Of a stretch of DNA of 32,000 nt, positions 25,958 through 32,000 are shown piece by piece. The DNA comes from an uncultured archaeon. Its GTDB lineage: Archaea; Iainarchaeota; Iainarchaeia; Iainarchaeales; DATDZZ01. Each line of letters begins with the position of its first letter. The first letter of the stretch is position 1. The stretch is from assembly GCA_964373795.1 (NCBI GenBank), contig CAYJVY010000006.1:1-32000 (forward strand), given 5' to 3'. A program made the translations under genes and the position numbers. A model generated the notes under the pieces. It searched no databases. It worked only from the letters and a program-made list of their open reading frames with translations, and had not been told where the DNA came from.

Positions 25958-26956
25958 TTAAAACCCTTTTAAAGAAATTAATTCACACAAATCCACTACT
26001 CTTTGAGCATAACCAGCTTCATTATCATACCAAGACAAAACCTTTACCAAATTTTTTTCCACAACATTAGTACTCAAGCCATCCACAATAGAAGAATACT
26101 CTGCTCCAACAAAATCAATTGAAACTAAGGGTTCTTCACTGAAAAACAAAATTCCTTTCAACTCGTTTTCACTTGCTTTTTTGAATGATTCATTCACTTC
26201 CTTAATTGAAGTGTCCTTTGCAACCTTTACAGTTAAATCAGTTAAAGAAACATTTGGAGTTGGAACTCTAACAGCTAATCCATCAATTTTTCCTTTTAAT
26301 TCAGGAATTACTTCTCCAATCATTTTCGCAGCACCAGTAGTAGTTGGAATCATTGACAATGCAGCAGCTCTTGCTCTACGCAAATCTTTATGACTGCCAT
26401 CAAGCAAGCGTTGATCATTTGTATAAGAATGAATTGTAGTCATTAAACCTTTTTCAATTTCAAAGTTTTCATGTAAAACCTTGCATAAAGGAGCCAAAGA
26501 ATTAGTTGTACAAGAAGCAGCCGAAATAATGTTATGCTTTTTTGCATTATAAATTTTTTCATTCACTCCAGGCAAAAGAATTACATCTGAATTTTTTCCA
26601 GGAGCAGTAATTAAAACTTTTTTAGCTCCACTCTTTAAATGCTTTTCAGCGCTTTGCCTGTCAACAAATTCTCCACTAGCCTCGACAACCAAATCAATTC
26701 CTAATTCTTTCCAAGGAAGTTTTTCAACCTCTTTTTCTTGCACTAACTTAATTCTTTTACTGCCTAAAACAATTTCTTTTCCCTCAAGCTTTGGATTCAA
26801 CGAACTTCTTCCAAACACTGAATCATACTTCAATAAATGGATAATTGATTCAACATTATTTGGAACGTTCACGGCAACTACGTTTAAATTTGTTTTCAAC
26901 AAATTCTTTAACACAATTCTGCCAATTCTACCCAAACCATTAATTGCAATTCTCAT
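25958..26956 (-). CDS. gap: glyceraldehyde-3-phosphate dehydrogenase, class I (bacterial/eukaryal type)
   Basis: NAD-binding INGLGRIGR, active-site ASCTTNSLAP, and WYDNEAGYAQR near the C-terminus are all hallmarks of class I GAPDH. Confidence 0.9.
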   Translation of the reverse strand: MRIAINGLGRIGRIVLKNLLKTNLNVVAVNVPNNVESIIHLLKYDSVFGRSSLNPKLEGKEIVLGSKRIKLVQEKEVEKLPWKELGIDLVVEASGEFVDRQSAEKHLKSGAKKVLITAPGKNSDVILLPGVNEKIYNAKKHNIISAASCTTNSLAPLCKVLHENFEIEKGLMTTIHSYTNDQRLLDGSHKDLRRARAAALSMIPTTTGAAKMIGEVIPELKGKIDGLAVRVPTPNVSLTDLTVKVAKDTSIKEVNESFKKASENELKGILFFSEEPLVSIDFVGAEYSSIVDGLSTNVVEKNLVKVLSWYDNEAGYAQRVVDLCELISLKGF

Positions 26957-27058
26957 ATAAATCTAATAATATTTTTCAAATATAAAAATATAAAAGAATC
27001 ACACAAGGTATGATTCAGTATTGATACAATCCTGAAACTACAAAATTGCGTTATGCAT

Positions 27059-27631
27059 TCAAATAATTTCTTTGAGTTTTTCCAACAATAAATCAAATTT
27101 TATATAACCAGAAGTTGCATTGAAATGCCCTGCATTTTTAACCCTTATTAATTTAACTCCAAATTTTTCTGCAAGTTTTTCCCCATTACCAATGCAAATA
27201 AATGGATCATTTTTTGAATGAAATACAATAAAATGCTTTGAAGATTGCTTGATTTTTTTCCAATCAAAGGGAGCTTTAACAAATGGCTTATCAGTTTCAT
27301 AGTACTTGATTGGCTTTACTCCAACTGACGGAGCAACAAAAATAGCTGCTTTAACTTTTGATTTTAATTTTTCTAAAACCCTTAATAAAAAACCTCCGCC
27401 CAAGCTATGGCCAATTAAAATAGTTTTTTTATTTATGAATTTTTCATAATTTTTAAACACTGCAAACCATTTTTCTTGTGTATGCCCTTCGGCTAAAGAG
27501 TATTTTGGAATTGTAGGAAATTGTGGAATAATAACTTCATAACCATATTTTTTTAATTCATTTTTTATCCAAGGAAACCAATTTTCTTCTGCATGGCCTC
27601 CGGTGCCATGAAAAATAATTGCATAATTCAT
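27059..27631 (-). CDS. small alpha/beta-fold serine hydrolase (YdeN/RBBP9-like)
   Basis: Nucleophile elbow GHSLGG, with a later D (NDPF) and H (AGHF), in about 190 aa. The ATG at 27631 (MNYAIIFHGTGGH) is preferred; the longer track start would overlap the toxin gene. Confidence 0.75.
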   Translation of the reverse strand: MNYAIIFHGTGGHAEENWFPWIKNELKKYGYEVIIPQFPTIPKYSLAEGHTQEKWFAVFKNYEKFINKKTILIGHSLGGGFLLRVLEKLKSKVKAAIFVAPSVGVKPIKYYETDKPFVKAPFDWKKIKQSSKHFIVFHSKNDPFICIGNGEKLAEKFGVKLIRVKNAGHFNATSGYIKFDLLLEKLKEII

Positions 27632-27648
27632 TTCAATTCCTAAAACTT

Positions 27649-27900
27649 TCAAATATCTTTGTAAACATTTTTTCGGTGGTCGAAGCACAAAACAATTAAT
27701 TCATTTTGTCGTAATTCATAAATCAGCCTGTATGGTTTAAATCTTATTGATCTTTTTCCATGTAAAACATTGCCAAGCATTTTGCCTTTACCAGGCATTT
27801 CAGCCAATGCTTTCAGAGCTTTAATTATTTTAATCCTGGTTGCTTCATTCCGTATTTTTTTATAGTCTTTTTTGAATTCATTAGAAAAAACAATTTGCAA
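27649..27900 (-). CDS. RelE/ParE-family type II toxin
   Basis: 83 aa with the family-typical KRSIRFKPYRLIYELRQNELIVLCFDHRKNVY. It lies immediately downstream of a small AbrB-type gene (4-nt gap). TTG start. Confidence 0.75.
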   Translation of the reverse strand: MQIVFSNEFKKDYKKIRNEATRIKIIKALKALAEMPGKGKMLGNVLHGKRSIRFKPYRLIYELRQNELIVLCFDHRKNVYKDI

Positions 27901-27904
27901 AAAA

Positions 27905-28180
27905 TCACTTCATTAGAAGTCTATCTATTCTCTTTTCAGACATTTTTGAGTTAACTATTGTGACTTTTCCGTTCTTGACTTCATCTTCTGCAATTTTTAT
28001 TCTTGTGAGCAATTCCATTTCCTCTAAAAATTTATCTTTTTCAATTGGCTTAAGCAAAATATCTTGACCATTAAAATAAACAATAAATTTTTCATTTGGT
28101 TTAACTCCAGACTCTTTTCTCACTTCCATAGGTATTACGACCTGTCCATTTTGGGCCATTCTTGTAACTGCTACTTCCAT
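27905..28180 (-). CDS. AbrB/SpoVT-domain antitoxin
   Basis: MAQNGQVVIPMEVRKESGVKPNEKF matches the swapped-hairpin SpoVT/AbrB motif. It sits in the upstream position of the two-gene module. ATG 28180 is preceded by GGTGAT; an in-frame GTG at 28195 is the alternative start. Confidence 0.7.
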   Translation of the reverse strand: MEVAVTRMAQNGQVVIPMEVRKESGVKPNEKFIVYFNGQDILLKPIEKDKFLEEMELLTRIKIAEDEVKNGKVTIVNSKMSEKRIDRLLMK

Positions 28181-28216
28181 ATAATCACCAACCACTAATT
28201 TTAATTACTTGTAATA

Positions 28217-28241
28217 ATACAATTTATTGTAGAAATTGTAT
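28217..28241. promoter_or_regulatory. perfect 9-bp inverted repeat upstream of the antitoxin gene (candidate autoregulatory operator)
   Basis: ATACAATTT-attgtag-AAATTGTAT lies 37-61 nt upstream of the antitoxin ATG, in AT-rich promoter sequence. Confidence 0.55.
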
Positions 28242-28273
28242 ATAAACATATCTATTTACATTTCTAGCAAATA

Positions 28274-29299
28274 TTAAGACCATTTTTTTAAAGAGCTTTG
28301 CGCGCCTTTTTCTTCAAGTTTTTCACTTAACTTGTTTAAAGCGTTTTCAACTCTGTTTTCAGCAAAATCAAACTCTGTACATAAAAAATTCTTAATTTTT
28401 TCTTTTTGAGGTGAAGAAAACTTTATTTCATATTTTTCTAGCACATTTGGATGCATGAAAAGTTCTTCAACTTCTTTGAAATCAAATTCAGGAGAAAACT
28501 TTGTTTCCTGAATAATTTCTTCAAATGAATTAAATTTTTGAACAAGCTTTAAAGCAGTTTTAGGCCCAATTTTGGGAAATTTTTCATTAAAATCAGTTCC
28601 AATTAAAATTCCAATCCAAATAAGTTTTTGCCTTGAAATGCCAAGCCTTTCCAAGTTTTTCTCTAACTCAATTTTTTCAGGTTCAATGTCTACAAAAATA
28701 TTTTTTCCTGGAAGTTTTCGCTTGCCTGAAACAGTGATGTTTCGAAAAACCTTTGAAGCACCAAAAAGCAATGAATCATAGTCTTGAGAAACACATCCAT
28801 ACAAATCGTTTTTAGACATCATGAAAGCAATTTGAGCCTCGCCTTCGGAAGAAGCTTCAATTAAAGGCAAACCCATTAATTCAATTAATTTCTTTGCTTC
28901 TTTCACCATTTCATCAGTTAAATGCAGTGCTCTCGAGGCAAATTTTTTTGCGTCTTCAAGGTTTCCAACTTCTAAAGCCTTTTTATACTCTTTTTCAGCA
29001 TCAGTTCGAATTTCAATTCTTTTCTTCAAGGTTTCAGATTTAAGCTTTGAAGGCTTTCCATCAAAAACAAAAACAGGTTTAATGCCTTTTTGAATCAAAT
29101 TAATTGTTCTATAAAACAAGCCACTTAAATGACTTGAAACCCTTCCATTAGAACTCATTAAAAGCGAGCCATCGTAATTCCTTATACTACTTAAAAACTG
29201 ATACAAAATATTATACGAATCTATTCCAACAATTCTTTGACTTAAAAAATCCAATGAAATAGATTCTCTTTCCAATAAATCTCCAATAGCTGTTCCCAT
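28274..29299 (-). CDS. fen: flap endonuclease 1
   Basis: MGTAIGDLL N-terminus, VFVFDGKPSKLK, SEGEAQIA, and GTDFN with the helix-hairpin-helix region. The ATG at 29299 is preceded by GAGG; the track's TTG at 29311 is less likely. Confidence 0.9.
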   Translation of the reverse strand: MGTAIGDLLERESISLDFLSQRIVGIDSYNILYQFLSSIRNYDGSLLMSSNGRVSSHLSGLFYRTINLIQKGIKPVFVFDGKPSKLKSETLKKRIEIRTDAEKEYKKALEVGNLEDAKKFASRALHLTDEMVKEAKKLIELMGLPLIEASSEGEAQIAFMMSKNDLYGCVSQDYDSLLFGASKVFRNITVSGKRKLPGKNIFVDIEPEKIELEKNLERLGISRQKLIWIGILIGTDFNEKFPKIGPKTALKLVQKFNSFEEIIQETKFSPEFDFKEVEELFMHPNVLEKYEIKFSSPQKEKIKNFLCTEFDFAENRVENALNKLSEKLEEKGAQSSLKKWS

Positions 29300-29701
29300 T
29301 AAAATCCTCAAAAAATGTTATATATAAGTTGTTTTAGAATAAAAAAATATTCCATTCAAAAAACAAAAAAAACAAGCCATTATGTATACTAATTTTTTGT
29401 GTTTTTGGCAGAATATTTAAATATAAGGTTAGAGGCATATATATAGAGAAATTAATGTATTAAAGCATTAGTTTCTTAAAAAAGAACTTAGTTGGTGAGC
29501 CTATCCAATTCTTCCTAAGTTCAAATAACTCTCTTAGCTTTGGAGAAGACAACTAATAGTTGTCTTTTCTCTAATTCCTTTAAAATTATGCTTATTTTGC
29601 CTGTTTTTAGAAAAAAGCTTTTAGAGGGTTATTTGACTTTAATTTAACAAATTTCCGCAAACTTTTCGCAACTGGTTTTCGTAAGCCTTTTTCTAAAAGG
29701 C

Positions 29702-30883
29702 TTAATGAGTCATTTTTTCAGCAAATTCGTCTTCGTTTGACTCTTCTCCTAAAACTTTTTTCACTGCTTCTTTGAAGTGATTTAATGAAATGCTTTTTTC
29801 ATTTGCTCTGATTGCATTAATTCCTGACTCCATGCAAATAGCTTTAATGTCTGCTCCATTAGCTTTTTCAGTTAATTTAACTAATTCATCAATTGAAACA
29901 TTTGAATCCATTTTCATTTTCTTTGAATGAATTTTAAATATTTCTTTTCTTGCTTTTTCATCTGGCAAGGGAACTTCAATTATTCTATCAAATCTTCCTG
30001 CTCTAAGCAATGCAGGGTCTAAAATATCTATTCTGTTTGTTGCAGCAATTATTTTCACGTTTTTCACTTCATTAAATCCATCAATTTCAGCCAATAATTG
30101 CATTAAAGTTCTTTGAACTTCTCTGTCTCCTCCAGTTGTTGCATCAAGTCTTTGCGCGCCAATTGAATCAATTTCATCAATGAAAATAATTGAATGCTTT
30201 TTTTCTTTAGCCATTTTAAATACATCTCTTACTAGTTTTGCTCCTTCCCCAATATATTTTCTTACTAACTCTGAACCAGTTATTCCAATAAAAGTTGAAT
30301 TAGTTGCATTTGCAACAGCCTTTGCAAGCATTGTTTTACCAGTTCCAGGTTCACCGTACAATAAAACTCCGCATGGAGGTTCAATGCCTATTTCTTCAAA
30401 TTTTTTTGGATGAGTTAAAGGTAAAATAATTGCTTCTTCTAATTCAAGAATTTCTTTTCTCAATCCCCCAATTTCTTTAAAAGTTACTTTAGGTTTTTCA
30501 ACTATCTCCATTGCTCTTGCTCTATAATCAGTTGACTCAGTTAATATTTCCACTAAACTTAAATTTCTTTGATTCAAAGCAACCCTTAAACCGCTTTTAA
30601 CCTTGCTCTTAAATTCTTCAGTTAAACTAATTAATAATTCAATTCCATTAGAGTTTTTTACAACTAATTTGTCTTCCATTACTTCTTGAATTACTCCAAC
30701 AATTAAAGGAGGTTCTCTTAATTCTTTTAATTCTTTTTGAAGCCTATTCAACTCACTTTCAATCTGAGAATGCTTCATTGAATTCAATTGTTTTTCTTGT
30801 TCTAGAACTCGAATTTTTTCCTCTAAAGTAAACACATAATCATATATGTTGAAAGGGGCTTTCTTAACCTCAACTTCACTCAT
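29702..30883 (-). CDS. pan: proteasome-activating nucleotidase (AAA ATPase)
   Basis: N-terminal coiled coil, OB-like segment, Walker A GEPGTGKT, Walker B IIFIDEID, and second-region-of-homology NRIDILDPALLRAGRFDR. Confidence 0.92.
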   Translation of the reverse strand: MSEVEVKKAPFNIYDYVFTLEEKIRVLEQEKQLNSMKHSQIESELNRLQKELKELREPPLIVGVIQEVMEDKLVVKNSNGIELLISLTEEFKSKVKSGLRVALNQRNLSLVEILTESTDYRARAMEIVEKPKVTFKEIGGLRKEILELEEAIILPLTHPKKFEEIGIEPPCGVLLYGEPGTGKTMLAKAVANATNSTFIGITGSELVRKYIGEGAKLVRDVFKMAKEKKHSIIFIDEIDSIGAQRLDATTGGDREVQRTLMQLLAEIDGFNEVKNVKIIAATNRIDILDPALLRAGRFDRIIEVPLPDEKARKEIFKIHSKKMKMDSNVSIDELVKLTEKANGADIKAICMESGINAIRANEKSISLNHFKEAVKKVLGEESNEDEFAEKMTH

Positions 30884-30986
30884 TAAATTCCCTCACAGAA
30901 TAATTATATTACGCGAACAATGTATTTAAAGCTAACGATTTTAATAATATTTAGAGCAAAAATTAGTTCAAAAATTTAGTGATTTA

Positions 30987-31220
30987 ATGTATTTACAAAA
31001 CTTGATTGAAGAAATAATTTTTTCCACAATAATATCAATTTTTGTGCTTGGAATTATTTTTATTGGCGAAAACTCAATTTTTTTAAATGCAGACAAATCA
31101 ATTAATTATAGTTTGCTGGCAATAATGTTCGCAGTATTTTTTTTAATTATTTTTGTTTTACTTCATTATATTTCTGGTGGAAAGATAGGTGAATTTCCAA
31201 ACGATCCTTGGCTGCCATAA
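30987..31220 (+). CDS. small membrane protein (77 aa, two predicted TM helices)
   Basis: ORF with two long hydrophobic stretches (IIFSTIISIFVLGIIFI and LLAIMFAVFFLIIFVLL). No family recognised. Confidence 0.45.
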   Translation: MYLQNLIEEIIFSTIISIFVLGIIFIGENSIFLNADKSINYSLLAIMFAVFFLIIFVLLHYISGGKIGEFPNDPWLP

Positions 31221-31246
31221 AATGAATTGAAAAATTAAGTGATTTC

Positions 31247-31729
31247 ATGCCTTGCGAAATTTGTGGAGAAATATTAACTCAGGAAAGAAAAATTGAATTA
31301 GATGGACTAGTTTTTCTTGTATGCGAGAAATGTGTTCACCACGGCAGAGAATTAATTGAACGCCCGCAAACAAATAAAAAACAATTCAAAGCATTTGATT
31401 TAAGCAAGCAAGTAAAACACGAAATGCAAAGCGATAAAACTGAATTAATTCAAGATTATGGCAAGCAAATAAAAACAGCAAGAGAAAAAAAAGGTTTAAC
31501 AATTGAGGATTTAGCAAAAAAAGTATTCGAAAAAAAATCTTTTCTGCACAGAATTGAATCACAAAACGCAGTGCCATCAGATGAATTAATTAAAAAACTT
31601 GAAAAAGAATTAAATATTTCTCTTACAACAACAGTAAATGAAGTAGAATTAAATGAATTTGAAAGCCAAAAAGGAATGACTTTAGCTGATTTAATTGATA
31701 AAAAGATTTCAGAGCAAAAAAAGAATTAA
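31247..31729 (+). CDS. mbf1: archaeal multiprotein-bridging factor 1 (Zn-ribbon + HTH)
   Basis: N-terminal CEICGE...CEKC zinc ribbon, plus a C-terminal XRE-type HTH, IKTAREKKGLTIEDLAKKVFEKKSFLHRIESQNAVPSDELIKKLEKEL. Confidence 0.85.
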   Translation: MPCEICGEILTQERKIELDGLVFLVCEKCVHHGRELIERPQTNKKQFKAFDLSKQVKHEMQSDKTELIQDYGKQIKTAREKKGLTIEDLAKKVFEKKSFLHRIESQNAVPSDELIKKLEKELNISLTTTVNEVELNEFESQKGMTLADLIDKKISEQKKN

Positions 31730-31738
31730 TGTGAATAA

Positions 31739-32000
31739 ATGATTTTAGAAATACTAGCAGGATTTTTACTTGTATCACTTATATTTACCTACATTTTAAA
31801 GCATTTTAACATCGGAGAAACTCATGTCATTATTACTTTGCTTCGATCTAAAAAAGCAGTAAAATTTTTTGATTTGTTCACTAAACCAAAACGCTTGCTT
31901 GAATTAATTGCTGACTTTGGATTAATTATTGGCTTTGGAGCAATAGGAGTAGATTATTTATTTGGCAGAAAACTTTCACTTGTAAAAAGAATTGCATTAT
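31739..32000 (+). CDS. partial membrane protein (5' part, runs off the window)
   Basis: The ATG at 31739 opens MILEILAGFLLVSLIFTYILKHF...LIADFGLIIGFGAIGVDYLFGRK with no stop before the window end. It is hydrophobic. Identity cannot be determined from 87 residues. Confidence 0.45.
   Translation, partial: MILEILAGFLLVSLIFTYILKHFNIGETHVIITLLRSKKAVKFFDLFTKPKRLLELIADFGLIIGFGAIGVDYLFGRKLSLVKRIAL

Noticed and set aside
29484-29522. H/ACA-type guide RNA interpretation of the nested hairpin in the fen-pan gap
   Set aside because: No ACA box lies at the expected distance 3' of the hairpin, and no symmetric pseudouridylation pocket is present. Only a generic structured-RNA candidate is retained.
9564-31577. 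Antisense shadow ORFs within annotated genes: 7421-7633, 9564-9803, 14537-14788, 14855-15136, 17822-18022, 19786-20025, 19967-20182, 20341-20730, 22014-22271, 23077-23349, 23283-23522, 24469-24693, 24539-24772, 26181-26393, 28572-28781, 30180-30413, 31386-31577
   Set aside because: Each overlaps a longer ORF that has clear family motifs or better coding character. Their compositions (Ser/Phe/Ile/Asn-rich) are typical of the antisense frames of AT-rich genes.

Overview
AT-rich archaeal chromosomal window, most consistent with a small-genome DPANN-type archaeon. The lineage call rests on archaeal markers: PAN, FEN-1, aMBF1, L40e, L41e, a DGGGP-synthase-like UbiA enzyme, an intron-containing tRNA and a 16S-tRNA(Ala)-23S operon. 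The minus strand from 7033 down to 952 carries, in transcription order, 16S rRNA, a spacer holding an anomalous 70% G+C hairpin array, tRNA-Ala(UGC), a purine-repeat spacer, 23S rRNA and, about 420 nt further on, an RNase P RNA that an ORF track cannot show. No 5S rRNA, CRISPR array, transposase or integrase was seen. The remainder is mostly housekeeping: two UbiA prenyltransferases, metF with a two-gene metE, sucC and sucD separated by a MazG-like gene and a racemase-family gene, an FKBP lipoprotein, pcm, an MFS transporter, pgk plus a class I gap, fen, pan and mbf1. Also present are tRNA-Glu(UUC) with a 99-nt low-complexity intron, a RelE/AbrB toxin-antitoxin pair with an operator palindrome, and an AAA+DUF4143 ATPase flanked by similar palindrome-bearing sequences. 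Four Arg-rich orphan proteins have no family I can assign. I did not find a self-evident multi-gene novel system. The most unusual signals are non-coding: GC-rich structured islands in transcribed spacers, a 17-mer shared with RNase P RNA, and repeat-filled spacers and intron. The orphan proteins come next. All functional calls come from motif recognition by eye, with no database search, and RNA ends are approximate.
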